Assembly (NCBI GenBank): GCA_025340205.1
Contig: CP006868.1
Location: forward strand, 1,350,001 to 1,382,000
Origin: Ignicoccus pacificus DSM 13166
Lineage (GTDB): Archaea; Thermoproteota; Thermoprotei_A; Sulfolobales; Ignicoccaceae
Reading direction: 5' to 3'
Length of the DNA: 32,000 bases
Shown here: positions 19,150 to 28,014 of the stretch, piece after piece
How the letters are laid out: each line of letters begins with the position of its first letter
Numbering within the stretch: position 1 is the first letter of the stretch
The notes under the pieces: generated by a model
Seen by the model: only the letters and a program-made list of their open reading frames with translations
The model's database searches: none
What the model was told of the DNA's origin: nothing
Program-made: the position numbers and the translations under genes

Positions 19150-20997
19150 CTACCGCTTCTCTGACTCCAAGCATTTTACCTTAACCCTAACGGCCTTGTA
19201 CATAGGAGTTCCAGCCGGGTCTCTCGGTTCGAAGGGAACCAAGGAGTTTATTCTGAGCCCTACGTGATTGAAGAACACTATTACCACTCCCTTCGGCACT
19301 CTAGTTGTAGTCACCGCATCTCCTTCTATGCACTCTCCGGTGAATTCGGAGCACAGCTTGGCTCTCTTACACCCCTCGAACTCCTCCAAGTTCAAGTAAA
19401 TAGCTTCCCTCATCTTCCTCCTCTCGGACTTAGGGTCCGCTCCCTTGGTCGTCCACAGGGCCGGGTCCCTAGCGGTGTAGAGCCAATGTCCCTCCACCTC
19501 GTGCTCTACCATTACCTCAATAGGAGATACCTCCACCCTCTTCCAAGAGGAGGGCTTGTCTAGGTACTGATCCTCCCCATAGTAGAGCCTCTCCACGTCT
19601 ATTTTCCTATAATAAGGTATAGCTGAGAACGCTTCTTCTGTCGTCTCCTTCACGTCTTCAACACTTAGGTTTAGATATTCAGCCAATATCTTGAAGAATT
19701 TAAAGGCCAGGTTTTCCCCATTGGTTATTGCATATACCATTCCATCTCCGCGGGTAACTGTTCCGAAGGTGCGGATGACCGGGGAAGAGGGAACTATAAG
19801 GTCAGCGAACAAGGAGGTCTCGGTGAACTTGGGAGTTACTTGGATTACCTTAGAGGAGTTGAGTTTCCTCGTTACCTCCATCGAGTTGGGAATGGAAGCT
19901 ACTACGTTCTGACAATGGATCAAGTAAGTAGAATAAGGGTACTCGAAGGCTTGGACAAGGTCGTGTCCCCTCTCCCTCGGGACGGGGAAGCCCCAGAGCT
20001 CCTCCAGCTCCTTGGGAGGTAAGGGAGGGAAGGGGTTGAGGCCCATGTCCCCAGCTCCCTGAACGTTCACCTTCCCTCTGAGCGTCATGACCTTTCCTCC
20101 CTTCATCATTATCGCTTGGATCAGCCTCAGTATCGCTTGGTAGCCGTAGCCCGATTGAGTAACTCCCATGCCGTGGACCAAGTAAGGCCTCTCGAGACTC
20201 TTCCAGAGCTCCTTTACTTCCTCGACCTCGATCCAAGCGTTCACCCAAGGCTCCGGCTCCTTTCCTACCTCAATCGAGTAAACGACCTCGGAGAAGGCGG
20301 CGAAGCCTGGGCCGGGAGGAATTATCAACGAATCCGTAGATTGTCTCATGGTGAAGCTCTCCCAAGCGTCAACTACCACTATCCTCTCCGCCCTGGCCCT
20401 AATCTCTTGCCAAAGGACGGGATAGGTAATGGCTACGTCGCTCCCTACTATGAGGGCCTCCTTTGGTCTCTCCCCGAGCTTAAAGTCAGTTAAGGGAACT
20501 CCGAAAACGGTTCGATAGACCTCAACGGAGGCGGCATGGCAGACTCTGCCACAATGATCGATATCATTAGTACCCAAATACCTAGCCAACTTCTGGAGGA
20601 TCCAAGCGCTCTCGTTTGTATCCTCAGCCGAGCCGACGAAGTAGGTCTTCTCCCTTATCCACTCTGAGGCCTTTTCAGCAGCCTCGTCCAAGCTTATCTC
20701 ATGGTATAAGTCCCCTTCTAGGAGAAGGGGTTTGGTCACGATATTTCTTTTATAATATTCAAAGGCACCCAATCCCTTAGGACAGAAGGGCCCCAAGGGC
20801 CTCCCGCTCAGATCGAACTTACACCCGACGCCGCAGAAAGGGCATGGAACGCTCAGTACCGCCCCCCGAGTCCTACTCCTTCCGGTTAAATTGATCCGTC
20901 CGTCTTCTGAACCTATGGTAATACCCGTGGCTCCTTCCTCCAAGGACTTATGACTAACAAGGTAATACCGTTCTTCGGTCCTAACGCACCCTAACAC
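19150..20997 (-). CDS. Molybdopterin-dependent oxidoreductase, FdhA/FwdB-like catalytic subunit
   Basis: Compact 4Fe-4S motif CPFCGVGC...GPFCPKG, NDIDHCGRVCHAASV around the Mo/W-ligating Cys, C-terminal molybdopterin dinucleotide-binding-like segment (EGDAVTTTRVPKGVVIVFFNH...N). Confidence 0.85.
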   Translation of the reverse strand: MLGCVRTEERYYLVSHKSLEEGATGITIGSEDGRINLTGRSRTRGAVLSVPCPFCGVGCKFDLSGRPLGPFCPKGLGAFEYYKRNIVTKPLLLEGDLYHEISLDEAAEKASEWIREKTYFVGSAEDTNESAWILQKLARYLGTNDIDHCGRVCHAASVEVYRTVFGVPLTDFKLGERPKEALIVGSDVAITYPVLWQEIRARAERIVVVDAWESFTMRQSTDSLIIPPGPGFAAFSEVVYSIEVGKEPEPWVNAWIEVEEVKELWKSLERPYLVHGMGVTQSGYGYQAILRLIQAIMMKGGKVMTLRGKVNVQGAGDMGLNPFPPLPPKELEELWGFPVPRERGHDLVQAFEYPYSTYLIHCQNVVASIPNSMEVTRKLNSSKVIQVTPKFTETSLFADLIVPSSPVIRTFGTVTRGDGMVYAITNGENLAFKFFKILAEYLNLSVEDVKETTEEAFSAIPYYRKIDVERLYYGEDQYLDKPSSWKRVEVSPIEVMVEHEVEGHWLYTARDPALWTTKGADPKSERRKMREAIYLNLEEFEGCKRAKLCSEFTGECIEGDAVTTTRVPKGVVIVFFNHVGLRINSLVPFEPRDPAGTPMYKAVRVKVKCLESEKR

Positions 20998-21099
20998 TAC
21001 GATGAGCGGAAAGGGTCACATCGATCTCAAGACATTCGGGAATTCAGCATAGTTATTTTTATCCCCCACCAAGAGTAACCATTTATTGGTGATAAGTAG

Positions 21100-22101
21100 A
21101 TGTTAGTAGTCCCCTTGAGCCCCACCTTGTGGACCCCGAAGAGGTTTAAGGAGGTAATAGCGGCTGCTCAAGGAAAGCTCAGCAACATAAAGGGCTTCCT
21201 GGAGTTCTACAGGGACATACTGGTAAAGGCCTCTCCCCCCGAGGCTGAGCCCGTAAGGCTCAGCGACATGATGGACGGAATCACCCACGTTGACAAGCTA
21301 GGAGGAAAGTACCCCAGCCTGAAGAACTTCGGAATGACCGACTTGCTCTACTACCTAAGGGTCCTCGAGGCCTTCAACGTGCTCGAGGTCGTGAGCATCG
21401 ACGAGGTACCCAACAGGCTAACGGAGATAGCCCTCAGGAGGACCCCCGTGAGCCAGTTCGTCTACGAGACCTTGAAGGACGAGCCCGCCGCTGCTCTCCT
21501 CTTCAGCTTCTACACCAACCTCATGCTCCCCACTCCCGCCAGGCACACCATGTTCGGAGTGACTCAGGTCGGAAGCTTGAGCGAGCTGGCCCTCCTCGAG
21601 AAGTTCAAGAAGGCCAACCCCTACAACCTGCTCCTAGCTAGGCAAGTGCTCAACAGAACCCCAGCCATCGAGGGAGTGGAGGGAAGGCCCTGGTACGAGC
21701 CAGTTAGCGACTTGAGCCTGATACTGACCTACTTAGGAGTCCTGCAGATGATCAAGATAAGGCCCAGTCCCGACAAGCTGGCCGGAATAAGGAACCTGAG
21801 CAAGATAAAGAAGCAGATAATACAGATGCTGGGCGACTTCGGAGACTTCGTGATCCCCAGAGGAACCCTGCTCTTGGAGTTCGAGCACCTCCTCTTCGGA
21901 AGGACCAAGGACGAGTACTGGGACTACGACTTCAGCAACCAGGTGGGCAACGCCAAGGACATAACTTGGTTCAAGAGCAAGCTGAGCTCCAGGGCCTACG
22001 GAGCGCTCGAGAAGCTTTACAACGCTCTGACCGAGAAGAAGGACGAGCTAACCGAGATAACCGACATCTACTTCAAGGAGCTCGGCTACCCGAAGCACTA
22101 A
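21100..22101 (+). CDS. Conserved-looking protein of unknown function (333 aa)
   Basis: Long open frame with strong codon bias (many GAG, AAG, CTC/CTG, AAC, GAC, TTC codons) and an ATG start. No recognised motif. Confidence 0.85.
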   Translation: MLVVPLSPTLWTPKRFKEVIAAAQGKLSNIKGFLEFYRDILVKASPPEAEPVRLSDMMDGITHVDKLGGKYPSLKNFGMTDLLYYLRVLEAFNVLEVVSIDEVPNRLTEIALRRTPVSQFVYETLKDEPAAALLFSFYTNLMLPTPARHTMFGVTQVGSLSELALLEKFKKANPYNLLLARQVLNRTPAIEGVEGRPWYEPVSDLSLILTYLGVLQMIKIRPSPDKLAGIRNLSKIKKQIIQMLGDFGDFVIPRGTLLLEFEHLLFGRTKDEYWDYDFSNQVGNAKDITWFKSKLSSRAYGALEKLYNALTEKKDELTEITDIYFKELGYPKH

Positions 22102-22136
22102 AACTCCCTTTTCTTCCCCAAGCTCCGGGCCTCAAG

Positions 22137-22943
22137 ATGAATTTGTTTACGATAATCGAGTGGAGCAAGCTCTTCTTAGCGCTAGGAGTCATGGCTTACG
22201 CCGCCTATCAGGATTACAAAACAAGAGAAATAGAGCCGAAGCTCTGGCTTTACGCCTCCGTAGTGGGAGCGGTTCTGACGGGGGCGGAGCTCTACCTCTT
22301 CCACCTCTACTATCCAAGAATATTCGCTTGGGCACTCATAGACATGCTGTTCTCTTTCATAGTATTCCCGTTCCTCTACTACATGTACAAGATAGCTATG
22401 CTGGGCGGGGCTGACATGTTAGCTTACCTCTTCTTGACGTTTACCTTGCCTTGGTATCCCCTCACCTTAGCAAAGGTCTGGGGGCTAAGGGCCATCTCTC
22501 CAATGCCATTCGTGGTCCTACTCTACTCCTCTATACTCGCCGTAATTGTGGGCTTGACTAGGTTAATAAGAAACTTAACCAACAAGGAGTTCTGGGAGTA
22601 CGTAAGGGAAAGGAACTTGAGCAAGGGCCAGATCCTTCACTACGCTTTGGGTGGAAGGGTGTTCAAGGCGAAGGATTACCTAAATACGAAGTTCTGGTAC
22701 TTGCTAGATAAGTTCGAGGAGGACGAGGAGGGATTGAAGAAAAGGCTGGAGAGGAGGGTAAACTTGGAAGAGGAGCCCGAGGATCATAGGAAGATGATAA
22801 GGGAGCTCATAGAGAGCGGGAAGATAGAGGAGCACGAGAAGGTAATGGCCAGCTACGGAACTCCCTTCTTGGTGTACATGTTCGGCGGATTGATACTAGC
22901 CTTGATCTTGGGAGACTTCTGGCTTAGGATTATATTTGGCTAA
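22137..22943 (+). CDS. Archaeal type IV prepilin / prearchaellin peptidase (A24 family, FlaK/PibD-like)
   Basis: The listed ORF at 21966 is over-extended; the start is probably ATG 22137. AYQDYKTREIEPKLW (first catalytic Asp) and LGGADMLAY (GGAD/GxGD motif), multiple TM segments. Confidence 0.8.
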   Translation: MNLFTIIEWSKLFLALGVMAYAAYQDYKTREIEPKLWLYASVVGAVLTGAELYLFHLYYPRIFAWALIDMLFSFIVFPFLYYMYKIAMLGGADMLAYLFLTFTLPWYPLTLAKVWGLRAISPMPFVVLLYSSILAVIVGLTRLIRNLTNKEFWEYVRERNLSKGQILHYALGGRVFKAKDYLNTKFWYLLDKFEEDEEGLKKRLERRVNLEEEPEDHRKMIRELIESGKIEEHEKVMASYGTPFLVYMFGGLILALILGDFWLRIIFG

Positions 22944-23444
22944 GTACTCCCTTATCTTACTAACGGCCTTCAGGTCTTCCTCCTCCCCGTACTTCTCGGC
23001 CAGTTCTAAGTACCTCTTCGCCTCCAGCAAGTGCTCCTCCGAAAGGAATATCCTCGTGGCGTGTATCGCTGCTTCCAAGACGAAGAAGAAGGATCTAGAA
23101 GGAGGGGAAGAGGGTCTGGAGAAGGCTTTCTTGGGCTTACACCGCCCTTCCCAAGGCCCCTCTCCGCTGAGGCTAACCACTTCGCACTCTATAGCTAGAT
23201 ACCAGGAGGGCGGTCCGGGGCCTATAGGGGTCTCGATCAGATCCAAGTCCTTGGTAAGAGCAGACTCGACGTAATCTAAAGAAGAGGAAGAGGCGTAGAG
23301 CGTTAGCTTCCCGCTCTCCATCAGAGCCTTCGCAAACCTTCCCGGATAGAGCTTGAAGATCAAGAAGTTTCCTTTTGGAACCACACCCAAGGCTGAGGTC
23401 CTTCCCTCCGTTACGGCTATCATCTCGTTGTACGTTCGACGCAT
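22896..23444 (-). CDS. DUF447-like (flavin-reductase-fold-like) protein
   Basis: MRRTYNEMIAVTEGRTSALGVVPKGNFLIFKLYPGRF resembles the N-terminus of DUF447 proteins. Start at ATG 23444 avoids overlap with the hypA start. Confidence 0.55.
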   Translation of the reverse strand: MRRTYNEMIAVTEGRTSALGVVPKGNFLIFKLYPGRFAKALMESGKLTLYASSSSLDYVESALTKDLDLIETPIGPGPPSWYLAIECEVVSLSGEGPWEGRCKPKKAFSRPSSPPSRSFFFVLEAAIHATRIFLSEEHLLEAKRYLELAEKYGEEEDLKAVSKIREYLAKYNPKPEVSQDQG

Positions 23445-23488
23445 GAGATGAATAACCTCCTCCGTGGTCAGCTCAAGGGTACGAGCGC

Positions 23489-23896
23489 TTGCACGAGGCA
23501 AGCTACGCCCTTGCGATAATTGACAGCGTCCTTAATGAGCTGCGGAAGAGGGGTCTGGAAGGGGTAAAGGTAAAGAAGATATACTTGCAGATAGGAGAGT
23601 TATCGTTAATAGACAGTACTGCTTTGAAAAACGCCTTCGAGGCCTACTCCATGGGCTCCCCCTTAGAGGGGGCTGAGCTAGTAATAGAGATAGTTCCATC
23701 TAAGTTCAAGTGCAAGAAGTGCGGTCACGAGTGGGGCTTCAGGGAGGCCTTCCCTCAGCTGGAAGTGAACATCCCGGTCATTCACCTCTATCCCCATCTG
23801 GTAGCGGAGATGCTCAAGTGCCCCAAGTGCGGCAGTTCCGACATAGAAATTCTGCAGGGGGAGGAGTTCAGGATAACCAAGATAGAGTACGACTGA
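23489..23896 (+). CDS. hypA: Hydrogenase/urease nickel incorporation protein HypA
   Basis: MHEASYAL N-terminus (TTG start), LQIGELSLID, zinc-binding CKKCGHEW...CPKCGSSDIEILQGEEFRI. Confidence 0.93.
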   Translation: MHEASYALAIIDSVLNELRKRGLEGVKVKKIYLQIGELSLIDSTALKNAFEAYSMGSPLEGAELVIEIVPSKFKCKKCGHEWGFREAFPQLEVNIPVIHLYPHLVAEMLKCPKCGSSDIEILQGEEFRITKIEYD

Positions 23897-23905
23897 GGTG
23901 GTAGC

Positions 23906-24592
23906 TTGAAGCTGAAGCTGGTCTTGGTAGAGCCGGAGGGAATGATAAACTTCGGATTCATCTTAAGGCTAAGTAAAAACTTCGAGGTGGATGAACTGGC
24001 AGTAGTGAGGCCCAAGTTCCAAGTGGATCACGAAGAAGTGCTTAGATTCGCCGCTCAAGGAAAGGATTACATAGAGAAGGTGAAGGTTTACGAGAGCTAT
24101 GAGGAGGCTCTGGAGGGAACCAAGGTCTGCACCTCGGCCAAGGTCTCCGGAACCGACACCGTCAGGGACTTCGTCCTCCCGTGGGAGCTGAAGGAGTACG
24201 TGGGGGAGCCGGAGGTCTTGAGCTTGGTCTTCGGAAGGGAAAGCGTTGGCTTGACCAGGGAAGAGTTGAGTAAGTGCGACCTCCTCCTTCACATCCCGGC
24301 ATCGAAGAACTATCCCGTTCTGAACTTGTCTCACGCCGTGGCAATTACGCTTTACGAGGTGTGGAAGCAGTACCGCTTGGAGAGGGGCAACTTGCCCCAG
24401 AAGCCCTCTGAGAAGGACTTGGAGGTGTTCATGAGGGTTGCTGGGGAACTAGCGGAGAGGTTCGTGGGGGATGAGGTGAAGAGAGAGAGGATACTGATAG
24501 GGGTAAAGAGGCTCATAAGCAAGGCGAGCAAGTCTGAGCTCAGAAGCTTGCTGTACTTGCTCAGCAGGTGCTCTAGCTTTCTGAAAGGCTAG
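23906..24592 (+). CDS. trmJ: SpoU/TrmJ-like tRNA 2'-O-methyltransferase
   Basis: VLVEPEGMINFGFILRLSKNF, LVFGRESVGLTREELSKCD, HIPASKNYPVLNLSHAVAI (SPOUT motifs 1-3). Confidence 0.88.
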   Translation: MKLKLVLVEPEGMINFGFILRLSKNFEVDELAVVRPKFQVDHEEVLRFAAQGKDYIEKVKVYESYEEALEGTKVCTSAKVSGTDTVRDFVLPWELKEYVGEPEVLSLVFGRESVGLTREELSKCDLLLHIPASKNYPVLNLSHAVAITLYEVWKQYRLERGNLPQKPSEKDLEVFMRVAGELAERFVGDEVKRERILIGVKRLISKASKSELRSLLYLLSRCSSFLKG

Positions 24593-24846
24593 GCTTGTTG
24601 ATAGGCCTGTTCGTACTCTTTATCGAGCATATCTAGCATCTGCTTCCAGAGCTCATAGCTCTCCTTCCAAGTTTGCTCGTCTACCTTAGCTATGGCTGCT
24701 CCGGCGTGAACCATGACGTAGTCTCCGGGCTGGGCGTCGGGGACCAAGGAGATGTCCACCTCAGCCTTGTTCCCGAAGACGTCGACGATAGCAGTACCGT
24801 TCTCCTGATCCACCTCGACCACACGGGCAGGTATGCCTAGACACAT
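24589..24846 (-). CDS. hypC: Hydrogenase maturation chaperone HypC
   Basis: MCLGIPARVVEVD start, VFGNKAEVDISLV, PGDYVMVHAGAAIAKVDE. Confidence 0.93.
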   Translation of the reverse strand: MCLGIPARVVEVDQENGTAIVDVFGNKAEVDISLVPDAQPGDYVMVHAGAAIAKVDEQTWKESYELWKQMLDMLDKEYEQAYQQA

Positions 24847-24904
24847 GACTCGATACCTTTTGGAAGGTGAGGACAGAGGGGAATAAAAATATGGTTTGAG
24901 GGGC

Positions 24905-25402
24905 TTACTGCTCGGAGCTCCTCCTCTTCCTGAAGCCTATGAGGGCTCCGGCAGCGGCCGCTAGCAGAGCTGGGGCTGGGATTCCGGCTATGTAGAACTG
25001 GATGTAAGCGTCGACCTCTCCTCCGTTAGGCAAGCTGACGGTTATGTTCTGCATGTTGGTCTCTCCGGCTCTTAGGGTCATGGTGAAGGGCACGGTGGTG
25101 TTGGCAACGGTTAGGCCGTTGTTGGCGGTAACCGCTATGTTTCCATCAATGGTGAACTCTCCCACTAACGTAGGAGTGTAGGTTATGTCGATGGTGGTGC
25201 TTAAGGGAACGTTAGGTACCGTTACCTCGCTGGCGGTGCTGGTGGTGTAGCTGAGGCCGAAGGGGCCTTGGAGGGTCAAGTAGATAGTGTAGGTGTAGGT
25301 CATCACTACTCCGGAGGCTCCGGGGTTGAAGGTCAAGGCTATGTAGTTGTTGGCGAACAGCAGAGCCGGTACCAGCGCTATCAGAGCTAATGCCTTCTTC
25401 AT
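24905..25402 (-). CDS. Secreted/surface beta-rich protein with C-terminal sorting-like TM tail
   Basis: Signal peptide MKKALALIALVPALLFA, Thr-rich beta body, C-terminus GIPAPALLAAAAGALIGFRKRRSSEQ. Confidence 0.75.
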   Translation of the reverse strand: MKKALALIALVPALLFANNYIALTFNPGASGVVMTYTYTIYLTLQGPFGLSYTTSTASEVTVPNVPLSTTIDITYTPTLVGEFTIDGNIAVTANNGLTVANTTVPFTMTLRAGETNMQNITVSLPNGGEVDAYIQFYIAGIPAPALLAAAAGALIGFRKRRSSEQ

Positions 25403-25683
25403 GATCTATCCCTCCACATGTTACTTCTGGCTTGAGGTTCTAAAAGCTGGAAGCTTGGTTTGCTGGCCTCGAACAGTGCTATCGAAAAACCGCGCTGAGA
25501 GTTTCTTGAAACTAAGTAGAGGTAAGAAGAAATCCTAACACAGTAATTTAAAGAAAGCAAGAGTTGTGAAGGGGAGGTTTAGTATTTGTGTTTATAGAAG
25601 GAACACCTCGGCAATCAACGCCCTCTTCACCGATCAAGGGGGCAACTCTCATCATCGGCGGTAGGTAGGGGGAAGGGGAGGAA

Positions 25684-26544
25684 ATGAGGTTAGAGGTGCT
25701 GAGGGAGTTCGACCCTTGGAAGGGGGACCTATGCACTTGTCCCAAGAAGTACAGCCTCCAGCCCTATACCGGATGTTCGTTCATGTGCCTTTACTGCTAC
25801 GCCACCGCTTACATAGGGAGGAGGCCCTCTGAACCCAAGAAGAGGTTCCTGGAGAGGCTCGAGAGAGACTTGAGGAAGGCGGATAGGGAGAGGGTGGTAA
25901 ACCTCTCCACCTCCTCCGACCCTTATCCCATAATAGAAAAGAAGTACTTGCTCACCAGAAACGCCATAAGGCTCCTCTCGCTCCACGATTTCAAGATACT
26001 AATTACGACAAAGGGATCGTTAGTCGCTAGGGATAAGGATCTTCTGAGCAAGTCAAGGGCGGCAGTTATGATTACAATAACCACGCTGGACGCCTCCCTT
26101 GCTAGGGAAATAGAACCTGGAGCTCCCTCTCCTTTAGAGAGGCTTAAGGCATTGAAGGAGCTGAGCGAGGCTGGGGTTCCGGTAGGAATAAGGTTGGATC
26201 CTATAATACCGGGGGTTAACGATGACTCAAAGGAGCTCGAGGAGATCGTGTTTAGAGCCGCTGAGGCTGGAGCCAAACACGTGGTCACTTCTACCTACAA
26301 GGCGAAGCCGGATAACTTGAAGAGGATGACTGAAAAGTTCCCTCATTTAAAATCCTTGTACTCCAAAGGTGTTAAAGTTGGAAGGTACAAGTACTTACCC
26401 AAGGGGGTTCGAGAGAAGATGTTGAGGCCGGTAGTAAAGGCAGCCGAGGAGGTAGGAATGACGTGGGCCTTTTGCAGGGAAGGCTTTCCCTTCAAGGCAC
26501 CTTCTTGCGATGGTTCTCACCTAATTCCGAATAGAAAGCCTTGA
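25684..26544 (+). CDS. Radical SAM protein, SplB-like
   Basis: YTGCSFMCLYCYA (Cx3Cx2C), STSSDPYPIIEKK, RLDPIIPGVNDD. Confidence 0.85.
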   Translation: MRLEVLREFDPWKGDLCTCPKKYSLQPYTGCSFMCLYCYATAYIGRRPSEPKKRFLERLERDLRKADRERVVNLSTSSDPYPIIEKKYLLTRNAIRLLSLHDFKILITTKGSLVARDKDLLSKSRAAVMITITTLDASLAREIEPGAPSPLERLKALKELSEAGVPVGIRLDPIIPGVNDDSKELEEIVFRAAEAGAKHVVTSTYKAKPDNLKRMTEKFPHLKSLYSKGVKVGRYKYLPKGVREKMLRPVVKAAEEVGMTWAFCREGFPFKAPSCDGSHLIPNRKP

Positions 26545-27150
26545 TCATTACCTCTTCCCTTCGGGGAGTTCCATGCAGTCTTTCATCGTCTCAAGGCGAA
26601 ATCTATTATCGCTTTTGATCCTCAGCTCTTTATTCGCTCTCTTGTAATTATCCTTTAGATTATCTTTGCTATTTGCTTTGATTGAGCTTAAAGTGCTTGC
26701 AGCTTCACGCCTATGGGAACGTTCAATGTACCATTTCTTACCTTTCAATTGTCACATAATGACTAACCTTAAGCTTGCCCTTTGATGCTTCTGCCTTTAC
26801 GTTCATGGGAACAGTGAAGGATATGAGTAGTTTCTCCCAGAAGTGCGAAAAAGTAAGTTTGAGATTGATTGAATTGAAGGGAGAAAGCGATGTTAAGAGA
26901 GGATGGAACTGAAGGCTTGGAAGGGCAACAGAAGTCTCAATAGGGAATGGCAATGACCTTCTCCCAGCCCTAAAGAGCGGGGGTTCCACTCAGAGCGGCA
27001 AAGTTTCAATTGAGAACCAAGAAGCAATTGCCCAAACACACTTACAATAGATAATAGAATCATAAAGATCTAAAGGGTATTTCAATATATAGAATATTCC
27101 TGAAAAGGTGATATTTCCGGATTACCACTAACCTTCCAGGGAAAGGAAGC

Positions 27151-28014
27151 TTGCTGCTGGTCTTGGGCCACCCCTCCTCCCAAGTGCTGAGGCTGTGGGA
27201 AATAATGGACGTAAAGGCTATAATGCTCAACGCTTACATGCTGGCTAAATCAAAGAGAACTTACGAGAGGATAAGGAAAGTGGGCCTAAGGGAGTACTTC
27301 GGAATCCCGGAGGACGTTCAGATCTGGTTGGACTCCGGAGGCTATCAAGCAATGAGAAGGGGAGTAGCGCTCAAGCCGGAGCAAGTGATCAAGTGGTACA
27401 CGGAGCTCAAACCCGACTTCTGCATAGCCCTCGACAATCCCGTGCCTCCGAACGATCCAAAGCCCGAAGAGAAGGTCAAGAGGAACGTCAAGTGGGCCAA
27501 GGAAATGTACGGAAAGGTTCCGTGCACCCTCCTACCGGTATACCATCCCGTGAACGACGAGCTCTTTGAAGAGTACAGGAGCGGGTACTCGGAATTGGGA
27601 AGGTACGCAGCAGTAGGCGGCCTCATACCGAGGATACTCACCGTTAGAAATGCATCGAGAAAGGAGGGCTACAAGTTCTTGGTGAAGGTTAGGAAGGAGC
27701 ACAAGGGATGGCTCCACGCCTTAGGTTTAGGATCTGCTACGACTATTCCTATTCTCAAAGAGCTCGGCTACGACTCGACGGACACTCAAACTTGGAGGCA
27801 CAAGGCAGCCTATGGCAAGATAATGCTTCCGGGGAGGGGAGAGAGGCACATAACGGACAGGGAGGTTAGATTTGGAAGGAGAAAGATAAGCGAGGAGGAA
27901 GTGATAGAAGCAATGAGAATAGCGAAGAGGCTAGGCTTCAGCTGGGAGGAGCTGAAAAAAGACTTCGTGAAAAGGGCTATATTCAACGCCTACGTGCTTT
28001 CAAGCCTCACTTGA
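27151..28014 (+). CDS. tRNA-guanine transglycosylase-like TIM-barrel protein (possible DpdA-like) lacking the zinc motif
   Basis: VQIWLDSGGYQAMRRG (TGT DSGGFQ-like), KPDFCIALD, YAAVGGLIP, LHALGLGSATTIPILKELGYDSTDTQTW. No CxCxxC zinc-binding segment. Confidence 0.7.
   Translation: MLLVLGHPSSQVLRLWEIMDVKAIMLNAYMLAKSKRTYERIRKVGLREYFGIPEDVQIWLDSGGYQAMRRGVALKPEQVIKWYTELKPDFCIALDNPVPPNDPKPEEKVKRNVKWAKEMYGKVPCTLLPVYHPVNDELFEEYRSGYSELGRYAAVGGLIPRILTVRNASRKEGYKFLVKVRKEHKGWLHALGLGSATTIPILKELGYDSTDTQTWRHKAAYGKIMLPGRGERHITDREVRFGRRKISEEEVIEAMRIAKRLGFSWEELKKDFVKRAIFNAYVLSSLT

Noticed and set aside
20116-20493. 125-aa + strand ORF and neighbours inside the molybdoenzyme gene
   Set aside because: Antisense shadow frames of a clearly recognisable oxidoreductase.
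21966-22136. Upstream extension of the prepilin peptidase ORF
   Set aside because: It lies inside the 333-aa gene in another frame and has Gln/Arg-rich non-native composition; ATG 22137 is the credible start.
26548-26748. ORF listed as + strand (MKGKKWYIERSHRREAAS...)
   Set aside because: The given translation matches the - strand (TTG start at 26748, stop complement tta at 26548), so the strand label in the track appears wrong. Treated as - strand and not called as a gene.
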